This document shows positions 27,257 through 35,944 of a DNA stretch of 64,000 bases, one piece after another. The notes below the pieces were generated by a model, which made no database searches, was not told where the DNA came from, and worked only from the letters and a program-made list of their open reading frames with translations. A program made the translations under genes and the position numbers. The stretch is from contig OZ253543.1 of the NCBI GenBank assembly GCA_965262555.1, positions 3,971,218-4,035,217 of the forward strand, read 5' to 3'. This DNA is from Vicinamibacterales bacterium. Lineage in GTDB: Bacteria > Acidobacteriota > Vicinamibacteria > Vicinamibacterales > UBA8438. Position 1 is the stretch's first letter. Each line of letters starts with the position of its first letter.

Positions 27257-29359
27257 CTACCGCATGTCGTCAAGAAACTCTGAAGCCGGGTCCACTGCGC
27301 TGACGTGCAGGAAGTCGCGAGCCCGCGTACAGGCGACGTACAGGAGGTGCCGCTCGGTGTCGTAGACCTCCTTCAGGTCCGCATCGTCACCCACGGCGTC
27401 GATACGTGCTTGCAGGGGGACTACCTCATCGTCGCAGGCGATCACAGCCACGGCCTTGAACTCGAGGCCCTTGGCTAGATGCATAGTGCTCAGCGACACG
27501 CGTCCAGGTCTCATCTCAACGTGCCCGTCCAGAACCGCTGAAGGTACTCCGGCGGCCTTGGCCGCGGCCTGTGCTCGGTCGAGCTGCTCGCTGGAGCGCA
27601 CGAACATCCCGATCTCGTGCACCTGTACGCCGTTCGCTAGCCGCTCCTTCACCCATGCCGCAACGGCAGCGGTCTCCTCGTCGGCCGTGGCGCATACGCA
27701 GACAACAGGCGGTGGTCCATTGAATACCGACACTGTTTCCCGCCGAGCCTCCACGTTTCCGTCAACGTCCGCGATCTCGGGCCCCAGCAGGCGGTCCGCC
27801 TCCTCGCGAATCTGGTGCGAGGTGCGATAGTTGACCCTGAGCGTGCGGGACCGGCCGCGCACGTCGACACCGAGCGACTTCCAGGAGAACGGCTGCTGGA
27901 AGATGCGCTGGCCGAGATCGCCGGCGAAGAATAGCGCGTTGGGATGGTCGCCTCCGAGAGCGGCGAAGAAGCGCAACTGTGACACGGACAGGTCCTGGGC
28001 CTCGTCCACGACGGCGAAGTCGTAGGGCACTCGGCCCGTCTCGGCGATGTGTCGGGCCAGCGCAGTAGAGACCGCAGCCGGTGTGGTCAAGCCGAGGGCT
28101 TTCAGCCGCTCTCGCACCGTGGCAAAGACACGCCAGAGTGCTTCGCGTTTCGGCTCAGGCAACCGCGTCTTGCGACCCAGCCTAGCAACTTCGCGGTAAT
28201 CGTCCCACGACCCGAGTTGCCAGGCGTCCACTACCTGCTCCCATTCGTCAAGCAAGAATCGGCCGCTGAACCTGCCGTCGTCCTCCAGCGCGGATGCCTC
28301 GGCGAGCAGCCCGCTCATCTGCTCGAACGTGACGTACCGGACGGGTCCAAGTTGCGCCTGGTGCAAGCGCATACCGAGCGCATCCAGCGCGTGGACCTCG
28401 ACTCGCTCCGCCACGCGAGGCTCCGTGCCGACCAACCGGCGCAACTTCGCTTCGAGTAGGCGCGCCAGGGGTTCGGAGAACGTCGCCAGCAGGACACGGG
28501 CGTCTGGATTCGTGCGAGCCAAGTGCGCGGCGCGGTGGAGCGCCACGACGGTCTTGCCGGTGCCTGCCGAACCTGCCACCCGCGCTGGCCCTGCGTAATC
28601 ACGCTCTACCCATCGGCGCTGCTCGGGATGAAGGAAGACCGCCCACTTCTCCCAGGGCGCATCGAGGGCCTGTTCCAGCTCCTCGACGCTGGTGACTACA
28701 CGGAAGCGGCGCTGTGCGTCGGGGTGCTCGAACGGCGACAGCGCCGCTGGTGGCACCTCGGCCACCGCCGGCTTGCCGCCGGTGGCCAACTCCAACAACG
28801 CCTCCGCAGCCTCCGCCGGCAGGTGGTCGGCCAGAACAAGCAGGCTGTCCTCGTCGGCCTCGCGCACGTTGTCGAGCCACTCCGCAGGGACGCCGTAGCC
28901 CAGCAACTCGTCGTCCTCACGATCCGCGAACAGCGTGCCCCTGGGCTTCGCCTTCCCCACAGGGGCCGCCGTCGGTTCCGGTTCCGCCTGCGTGTAGGCC
29001 GGGACTACGATCTCGCGGACCGCCTCGCGGATCTCCACGAGCTGCGCCGCTCCGGTCTTCGGGTGCGTTTCGAGCTTGCGTCGTTCGGCCCAGTGGTAGG
29101 CCTTGTCGTGGTGATCCACGTAGCACAGCAGCAGACTGCTCTCGGAGCGGTGGACGATGATGCGGACGTCCACATTCACCCGCACCGACCAGAAGTTCTT
29201 GTCTCGCGCCTTGTCGAGCTTGTGGAAACTCAGGCCTGGACTGGCCGGGTTCATCTGCAGGTCGAATGCCGTGGTCTTGACTGCCTTCTGTTCGTCACCG
29301 TTCAGCCGGGCCAGGCCGTCGGTGAACGTGTCCGCGATGAGGAAGGTGGTCATTGCCAT
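27257..29359 (-). CDS. SF1 UvrD/Rep-like helicase with N-terminal RelE/ParE-fold domain
   Basis: N-terminus FHKLDKARDKNFWSVRVNVDVRIIVHRSESSLLLCYVDHHDKAYHWA (RelE/ParE-like). Walker A GSAGTGKT, motif II VVDEAQDLS, VNYRTSHQI, TMHLAKGLEFKAV, LLYVACTRARDFLHV. The start overlaps the upstream stop (ATGGCAATGA). Confidence 0.85.
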   Translation of the reverse strand: MAMTTFLIADTFTDGLARLNGDEQKAVKTTAFDLQMNPASPGLSFHKLDKARDKNFWSVRVNVDVRIIVHRSESSLLLCYVDHHDKAYHWAERRKLETHPKTGAAQLVEIREAVREIVVPAYTQAEPEPTAAPVGKAKPRGTLFADREDDELLGYGVPAEWLDNVREADEDSLLVLADHLPAEAAEALLELATGGKPAVAEVPPAALSPFEHPDAQRRFRVVTSVEELEQALDAPWEKWAVFLHPEQRRWVERDYAGPARVAGSAGTGKTVVALHRAAHLARTNPDARVLLATFSEPLARLLEAKLRRLVGTEPRVAERVEVHALDALGMRLHQAQLGPVRYVTFEQMSGLLAEASALEDDGRFSGRFLLDEWEQVVDAWQLGSWDDYREVARLGRKTRLPEPKREALWRVFATVRERLKALGLTTPAAVSTALARHIAETGRVPYDFAVVDEAQDLSVSQLRFFAALGGDHPNALFFAGDLGQRIFQQPFSWKSLGVDVRGRSRTLRVNYRTSHQIREEADRLLGPEIADVDGNVEARRETVSVFNGPPPVVCVCATADEETAAVAAWVKERLANGVQVHEIGMFVRSSEQLDRAQAAAKAAGVPSAVLDGHVEMRPGRVSLSTMHLAKGLEFKAVAVIACDDEVVPLQARIDAVGDDADLKEVYDTERHLLYVACTRARDFLHVSAVDPASEFLDDMR

Positions 29360-30510
29360 ACCAGCAGGTTTCCCTTGCCACGGTGCGGAACTCTTTGTTT
29401 GGGCCGCCAGCCTTCAGGCTCGAGCCGTCCACTCTCAATCCACTGCCGGATCCAGTCCTTGATATCGCGCTCCCATGTCATGGGCTGAGAGAGTGCTAGG
29501 TCCCAGAGGTCGTCGTAGAGAACGCGCTTCCTTGCCTCGAGGACGTCCTGGACCATCGCTCGCGATCGTGCCACATACCGGTCTCTCAGCAGTTCGTAGT
29601 GCGCCGAGCTATGCATGTCCTCGGCTCCAAAGAGGCTTGACATCCCGCTCAATTCACGCCTGCTGCGGTCCTGGACCCTCGCCCGTGCGGCTTCCTGGAC
29701 CTCCATGGCCTTCCGTTCCGCTTCCTTGAATACCTCGACACCTTTGCGGTGTCTCGTCGCATAGATCAGATGACAATGCGTCCGGTTGCGCCCGGGGTGC
29801 AGGACGATGGCGGAGCACACGTACCGGAATCCACCGAACTGACGAACGCTACTCTGGTACTCGTCAACGACAGCGTCGTCCCTATCCAGGCCCTGCAATC
29901 CAGCCACCCGCTCTTTCACACCGGGCCGCCCGAACAGCCTGTCGAAGCTCGCCTGAGTCTGCTGCTGCGGGGACTCGATGAACCGGCGGACATCCTTGGT
30001 CATCAGGTTGATCAGCACCTCGCCAGGTTCGACACTCAGAAGAGGCGCGATCGTATCCATCGCGAAGCCTGTCCAGCCGGTCGGGTCGATGAAGATGAAC
30101 GGGAACGTCTGGCGCCCATCGCGCCGCACGAAGTCGAGAATCGCGTCGACCGATTCCTCGAGGATGGCATTTCTGGTCTCAACCTCAGCATCGTCCACGG
30201 CGTCGGCGTAGGCCTTCAGTCTGGCGTGAGCATCTTCGTTCCGCTCCAGAAAGAAGCAGCGAAGCCCAACCTGACGGCCCGAATCCGCATGGCGGTCGCG
30301 CGCGCGCCGGAGTTCCTCGAGGGCGATGGAGAAGGATGTGTCGCGCAGATCATCCGTGTGGGCGTTCCACGGACCGGAAAAGCAATCGACGTAGCTGATG
30401 GAGTTCCAGTTCGACAGGACGATTGGTGCGAACCGGCTCAGGTACTTCCGGAGAATGAAGTGCTTAACGAGCGTCTGCTCCCGGCCGACGTAGGGGTCGT
30501 CCTCCTCCAT
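29350..30510 (-). CDS. three-Cys-motif partner protein TcmP (TIGR04474-like), copy 1
   Basis: LVKHFILRKYL, SYVDCFSGPW, CFFLERN, FIFIDPTGW, EVLINLM, DRLFG, HLIYATRHRKG. Follows a Gp37/Gp68 gene by 10 nt. Family name recalled from memory. Confidence 0.75.
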   Translation of the reverse strand: MEEDDPYVGREQTLVKHFILRKYLSRFAPIVLSNWNSISYVDCFSGPWNAHTDDLRDTSFSIALEELRRARDRHADSGRQVGLRCFFLERNEDAHARLKAYADAVDDAEVETRNAILEESVDAILDFVRRDGRQTFPFIFIDPTGWTGFAMDTIAPLLSVEPGEVLINLMTKDVRRFIESPQQQTQASFDRLFGRPGVKERVAGLQGLDRDDAVVDEYQSSVRQFGGFRYVCSAIVLHPGRNRTHCHLIYATRHRKGVEVFKEAERKAMEVQEAARARVQDRSRRELSGMSSLFGAEDMHSSAHYELLRDRYVARSRAMVQDVLEARKRVLYDDLWDLALSQPMTWERDIKDWIRQWIESGRLEPEGWRPKQRVPHRGKGNLLVWQ

Positions 30511-30520
30511 CGCGTTCCAA

Positions 30521-31315
30521 CTACACGCTCACGGGCGTCAACTCGCGTAGCGCCGTTGCCCGCGCGCTGTCGTCGGGCGGCGCAACTCTTGAACGCGTGG
30601 GAAACTGGTTATAGGTTCGCCCGTCGAGACGTCTCCCGGTCTCACGCTTGCGTACCCCGCCCCACTGTTTGAAGAAAAACGGCACGCTGGCATCTCGACA
30701 CTGGTCCCGAATGCCTCGGACCCAGTCCACCGACATCGGGCGCGCGCCCGGGCCGCTCTCGCCGCCGACGATCACCCAGTCGATACTGCGCAGGTCGAAC
30801 TGTCCCAAGTCTTCCAGAAGCGGCTCAATCGAGAGAAACCTGACAGCGGCCGGCGCGCGCCGAAGATGTTCGATTCGAACCAGTCCGTGCTTGCGGTTCT
30901 CGACACTGACGCCCCACCAGATGTTCGGGCACCGCGCCGCAAAACTCAGCTCACCGTTGAGGAGGCCTGCGAGACGCTCGGCACGCTTGGTGAGCACCTG
31001 GAACGTGTGCCAGTTGGCAGCAGCCATCACCTTCGCGACCGCGATCACGTACTCGTCAGGAACTCCATCGTGGAACAGGTCGCTCATCGAGTTCACGAAG
31101 ACCATACGCGGTGTGCGCCACCGGAGCGGGTCGCCAAGCTTCTCCGGGACGAGCCGCAGGTCGAATCCAAACTCGAAGGGATGGCCCGGCACGCCACGGA
31201 ACCGCTCCGCAAATGTCTCCGCGTAACAGTGAGCACACCCAAGGCTGATCTTCGTGCAGCCGCGCACTGGGTTCCAGGTGGCGTCGGTCCATTCGATCTT
31301 CGACTTGTCACTCAT
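30521..31315 (-). CDS. Gp37/Gp68 family (DUF5131, PF07505) three-Cys protein, copy 1
   Basis: MSDKSKIEWTDATWNPVRGCTKISLGCAHCYAE (C-x6-C-x2-C), FVNSMSDLFH, FLSIEPLLEDLG, WVIVGGESGPGARP, PFFFKQWGG. Start moved to ATG 31315 by homology with copy 2. Confidence 0.85.
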   Translation of the reverse strand: MSDKSKIEWTDATWNPVRGCTKISLGCAHCYAETFAERFRGVPGHPFEFGFDLRLVPEKLGDPLRWRTPRMVFVNSMSDLFHDGVPDEYVIAVAKVMAAANWHTFQVLTKRAERLAGLLNGELSFAARCPNIWWGVSVENRKHGLVRIEHLRRAPAAVRFLSIEPLLEDLGQFDLRSIDWVIVGGESGPGARPMSVDWVRGIRDQCRDASVPFFFKQWGGVRKRETGRRLDGRTYNQFPTRSRVAPPDDSARATALRELTPVSV

Positions 31316-31360
31316 GCGCGAGTCCCATTCCAATGTCCCCTACGCCCGTGACAGTCCAGG

Positions 31361-33111
31361 TCACACCCGGAACACCTTCATCACCTCGTCGCCGAGGTGG
31401 TTGATGACCTTCACGGCGTAGCGGCCGCTCGTGGGCTTGGGGAATGGGCGCGAGGTGTCGCTGCGTAAGGTGGCCCAGGCGTCGGGGTCGACCTCTGCCT
31501 TCAGAGTCGTCTTCAGCGCGCCGTACGGGTCGTTCTGGCCGAGGAAGTAGGCGTGCCGGACGAAGAAGCTTTCCTCGTTGTAGTCGGTATCGATAAACCA
31601 GCAGGCGATGCCGTCGGCGTTGTCGCTGCGGACTTCGCCGGTGCTGGGGTCGAACACGTCCACGCCCTTTACGCGCACGCGAAGGGCGCCGTCCTCCTCC
31701 TCGATCTGCTCAATGTCGGGCTCGCCGAACACTACGAACAGGTTGCCCTTATCGGTGGTCTTGAGGTCGCCGCCCATGTGGAGGTCGGCGTTCATCCGCG
31801 CTTTAAGAACAGGGATGCGGCCGAGCTTACTGAACTCCGACGCGTGGGCCTCGAAGTTGAACGCGCACGCGATCAGCACGTCGAAGCCGGAGTCACCTGC
31901 CTCGCGGGCGGACCCTACCAAGTCGGGGCGGCCGACGGTCCCAAACTCGGGCCCGATGAGGATGCCGGCGCGGCGCTCGGCATCGCCCTCGCGGTAGCGG
32001 CCCTCGGCGCAGATCAGCTGGCCGGGCCACGGCTGCAGGGAGGTGAACGTGATGCGGTCGTCCCTATCTTTCTGCTGGACGCCGGCCACCCTCAGGTTCT
32101 CCACTATCATCTGGTCGAATTGCTGTCCCACGCCGTAAGTGGGGCCACGCTCGGCCACCTTGAAGGGGTCGATCAGCTTGTCGTTCTCGTCCACGCCGAG
32201 CATGCGGTGGGGACTGAGGCTTTCGACGGTGAACGGGCCCGCGACGCGGACCTTCTTCCGGTCCTCGTAGGGCTTGTCGTAGAGGTACTCGAACTCGGCT
32301 TTCGCAGTGATGGAAGCATCAATGGCCTGCTGGCGGGCGATGCGCGCCTCCCAGAACTCCGCGAATGGCTTCGCGGCAGCCTTCGGCCAGTCGTCCGGTA
32401 CCTCGCGCGGGACCTCCCACTCAGCTAACTCGAACGCGGGCACCACCTCGCCGCTTGGCATCGTGAACGTGGCCTGCTCCTGGGCATCGAAGTTCACGGC
32501 TCCAGCCCGGCCGCCGGTCGTCACCTCACATGGCGTCTTGTGCCCGCACAGCGTCTGGTTGAGCACCGCCAACGCGTCCTCCACCCTCGGCTGGTGCTCT
32601 TCCCAGATGACGTCGATCTCCACGTTGTTGGCGATCGACTTCAGCGTGATGTGCGGCACGCGCTCGTAGACGAATCCCTGGCGGACGTTCCCATACGTCG
32701 GCTTCTCGACGTAAGGTTGCCCAGTCACCTCGGCCTGTTTCCGCAGACCGTCCTCAGAGTCCGCGAGCAGATAGAATGGGTAACGGGCGCCCATGACACG
32801 CGCGCGAGCGAGCGCCAGCGCCACCCGAGACGTGTCAATCGTGATCCAGCGTCGACCCCATTGCTCTGCTGTATAAGGGCTGGTGCCCGATCCGCATGTG
32901 GGATCCAGGACTAGATCGCCAGGATCCGTGCTCATCAAGATGCACCGCTGAACGACGCTGGTCGCCGTCTGAACTACGTACAGCTTTGGATCGCCGAATC
33001 CTGACTGGCGCGTGTCGTCCCAGATGTCCGAATGCGACTGACACGAAAAGTCACCAAAAGGGCGCACGAAGCCCAAGGTCGCGCCAGAGTACGTAAGCCT
33101 CTGGGCCTTCG
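31361..33111 (-). pseudogene. beta-class N6/N4 DNA methyltransferase, 5'-truncated (motif IV missing), with long C-terminal domain
   Basis: Motif I region TDPGDLVLDPTCGSGTSPYTAEQWGRRWITIDTS is present, but no DPPY-type motif precedes it. The first 19 codons of ORF 31361..33169 are IS end or CTAG sequence. Confidence 0.7.
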
Positions 33112-34512
33112 CTAGCAGCCCGTGGTAGAAGGGGCTCTTCGTAAATCGATGGGTAGGTGTTCGTGACACCGTGTCACAGGGTCGCTACACGACCAATCCG
33201 GGCGATCGCGCGCCTCTGGTGCCCAGGAGCGCGATACGAGGGTCCAGAGGCAACTGAGACCGGCGATCAAAGCGCCGAACACGGCGGCGGCGCGGCCTTG
33301 GAGGCTCCTTGGCGTACCGACGCCCGTCAGCTGCCGCATGAGGAGTCCCAGATTGAACCCGCAGACGTGGACGAGCACGCGCTTGAGGATATTGGGATGC
33401 CCGCGCAGATGCACCCGGCGCATCCGGCCGGTCTCATAGAGATGCGCGTTGGGCCGTTCCAGCAGCTCGCCGCGCTGGCGCAGCAGCCGTCGCCCGCGCG
33501 CGCCCCGAATCCGCCGCCGATTGGCATACACCGCTGCGCGCGCCCCCGCCTTGCCCTTCCACGTGCGCCGCCCGCGATCCGGCTCCGACACGTAACTCCG
33601 CACCCCGATCGCGGCACACCCGACCATCGTCTCGTTGCTGTGATACCCCTTGTCGCCCACGACCTCGACAATCCCGGCGGCGCCGACCGCTTCGACCTGT
33701 TCCGCCGCGGTGATGAGGGTTTCGACCATCGTCGTCGTGTCGCCCTCGTCCGCGTCCTGCACCGTCACGCCCACAATGGCCCCCGTCTCCAGGTCGACCG
33801 CGTGCTCGGCGGTATGGGCCAGATGCGTCCGCCCGTCCTTCATCTTCGTGATTTTCGCGTCCGGATCCTGGGGATGCGTCCAGTCGTCGTTGGACCCTTT
33901 CTTCTTGCGCTTCCGGTCGAAGCGGGCCAGTTCAGCCCGCGTCGGTGTGGCGATACCGGATGCCGCCGCGAGCCGCGTCAACCAGGCCTCGTACTCCTCG
34001 CCCGTGTCCCGGCGCACGATGCTTCGCATCGCCGCGTTGGCTTCCAGCGTCGTCGCATCGATCCCGATCGTGTGCCCGTGGACGAGGTGGGCGTCGGCCA
34101 GACGCTGCAACACCCACGTGAACACGGCCTGGTGCGTCTCGAGGTCGATCAGGCGCCGGGTGCGCGACAGCGTCGAGTGGTCGGGCGGGGCCTCGTGCAG
34201 CGCGAAGTCCAGAAACTCGCGGATGCTCAGCGAGTCGGCGGCGCGCCACGCGATCGCCCGTTCCGAGTCCAGGCCTTCGAAGTAGCCGAGCAGCAGCAGC
34301 CGGAAATAGCGGCCCGGCGCCAGACTCGGCCGGCCGACCCCGTCGGCGTAGAACGCCGCGCACTGCGCTTCGACGAAGGCATCGAAGTCCGCCTCGTCAA
34401 GCGTGCGATTCAGGCGCTCGTAAAACGGGTGCCCCGCGCTCTGCGGCAAATCCGTGGTGGCCACCCACATCGTCGATTGGCGCGCCCGGCGCCGTCGTTT
34501 GCCCATCGCCAT
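33112..34512 (-). CDS. IS5/IS1182-family DDE transposase
   Basis: MWVATTDLPQSAGHPFYERLN, GRPSLAPGRYFRLLLLGYFEGLDSERA (InsH N-terminal type), IGIDATTLEANAA, VVGDKGYHS. The stop codon TAG lies in the flanking CTAG. Confidence 0.85.
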   Translation of the reverse strand: MAMGKRRRRARQSTMWVATTDLPQSAGHPFYERLNRTLDEADFDAFVEAQCAAFYADGVGRPSLAPGRYFRLLLLGYFEGLDSERAIAWRAADSLSIREFLDFALHEAPPDHSTLSRTRRLIDLETHQAVFTWVLQRLADAHLVHGHTIGIDATTLEANAAMRSIVRRDTGEEYEAWLTRLAAASGIATPTRAELARFDRKRKKKGSNDDWTHPQDPDAKITKMKDGRTHLAHTAEHAVDLETGAIVGVTVQDADEGDTTTMVETLITAAEQVEAVGAAGIVEVVGDKGYHSNETMVGCAAIGVRSYVSEPDRGRRTWKGKAGARAAVYANRRRIRGARGRRLLRQRGELLERPNAHLYETGRMRRVHLRGHPNILKRVLVHVCGFNLGLLMRQLTGVGTPRSLQGRAAAVFGALIAGLSCLWTLVSRSWAPEARDRPDWSCSDPVTRCHEHLPIDLRRAPSTTGC

Positions 34513-34579
34513 GCCCGAAGTGTAGTACGAGCGGTCAATCGTGTCGATCCCTATAACGAAGGACTTTCACCACGGGCTG
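33116..34579 (-). mobile_element. intact IS5/IS1182-like insertion sequence flanked by CTAG on both sides
   Basis: Ends are CAGCCCGTGGTAGAAGG (33116) and the reverse complement of CAGCCCGTGGTGAAAGTCC (34579). CTAG at 33112-33115 and 34580-34583. Single 466-aa transposase ORF. Confidence 0.85.
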
Positions 34580-34663
34580 CTAGCACTCACTGCCGCGGCA
34601 CGGGCAGTGGCGCCGTCCGTGTCCACCGCGATGCTGTGCGCCCCCGCCAGAAGTTCCGCGTAA

Positions 34664-35445
34664 CGCGCTTGGACTTCTATAGTACAGGAGTTCCTCGGCG
34701 GCGAAGCCCTCTACGGATTCGCCCGGCGCCACGATGTGTCGCGAAACCTCATCCGTGTCTGGGTGGCGAAGTACGAAGCCGGCGCCTTCGATGACGAGTT
34801 CCAGGCCGCGGACCTTCTGCAGCAGTACGAAGCGAGGATCGTGGCGCTGGAACGGCTGGTTGGACGCCAGGCGCTGGAGATCGAGTTTCTAAAGGGGGCT
34901 CAGAACGGCGTGCCGTCGCCCAGAAGCGCACCTACGTCCGTCGTTGCCGGGCCCGTGGCCTGTCCGTCACCCGAGGATGCGTCCTAGTGGGCCTGCCACG
35001 CTCGACCTGCTACGACGCGCCGAGCGTCGCCGTGGATGACCCCGAGATCGTCAGTCGCATGCAGGCCATCTGCGACGAGTTCGAGACGTATGGGTACCGG
35101 CGCGTCGGCGCTGCGCTGCGCCAGGAAGGGCTCGTCGTCAACAGCAAAAAGGTGCGTCGGTTGATGCGTGACCACGACCTGCAACCCAGACGGCGCAGGC
35201 GTTTCGTCGCGACGACCGACAGCGGCCACGACCTGCCGGTGTTCGCCAATCTCGCCCGGGACACCGTGCCCGACGGCCCCAACGAGATCTGGAACGGCGA
35301 CATCACCTACGTCGCCGTAGCGTCCGCCGGGTTCGTCTATGTCGCGCTGATCCTCGATGCCTAGTCGCGCCGCGTGGTCGGCTATGCGATCGGTCGGACC
35401 ATCGACGCGCGGCTCGCCGTGGCTGCCCTCAAGGCCGCACAGAAT
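34664..35445 (+). mobile_element. IS3-family remnant: 5'-truncated orfA, orfB N-terminus with in-frame TAG, 3'-truncated
   Basis: IVQEFLGGEALYGFARRHDVSRNLIRVWVAKYEAGAFDD...LERLVGRQALEIEFLKGA (orfA). Then GLPRSTCYDAP...YGYRRV...WNGDITYV...ALILDA*SRRVVGYAIGRTIDARLAVAALKAA (orfB), after which homology stops. Confidence 0.8.
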
Positions 35446-35944
35446 CTCATGGCCGACAACGACGTGCGCTCCTCTCAATGTTGTACTATCGCCCCTTCGC
35501 CATGCGAGCTGAGGTCGCCGCAGGGTCCTCGTCGTTCCTAGCGGCTCTGTCGACGACGGCAGGAAACGGGACAATGCGCACGCCGCGCTCAAGCGGATAT
35601 ACGCGTCCCCTCGGCGGTCTCGCCCCTCCACTTGGCCGGCACCCGCCCGCCGGCCCGCTGAGCGTCTTGGACATTGAAGCGACGGCCCTTCGCTGCTCGT
35701 CATGAACGAGTGGTCGCCACATTGAGGCAACACGCCTCACAGCGAAGGAGGGTGTATCCGGACTAGAAGCAACATCTGGCAGGGACCCTACTGGAAGATG
35801 TGGACCCGAGAGCGACGCCGTCCCGCGCCCCGTTCCCTGTTGCCTGGGCAATGAAGAGGGTTGACACGTCGCCAGTGTCCACACGCGCGGAGCTCAGACC
35901 GACCGAGAAGAAACCAAAGACTTCGAGAACACGAGGTAGACCAC

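Noticed and set aside
34584-34663. The possibility that these 80 bp encode the missing upstream part of the methyltransferase.
   Set aside because: In the MTase frame there is a TGA two codons from the junction. The other frames do not join the MTase frame or show MTase motifs.
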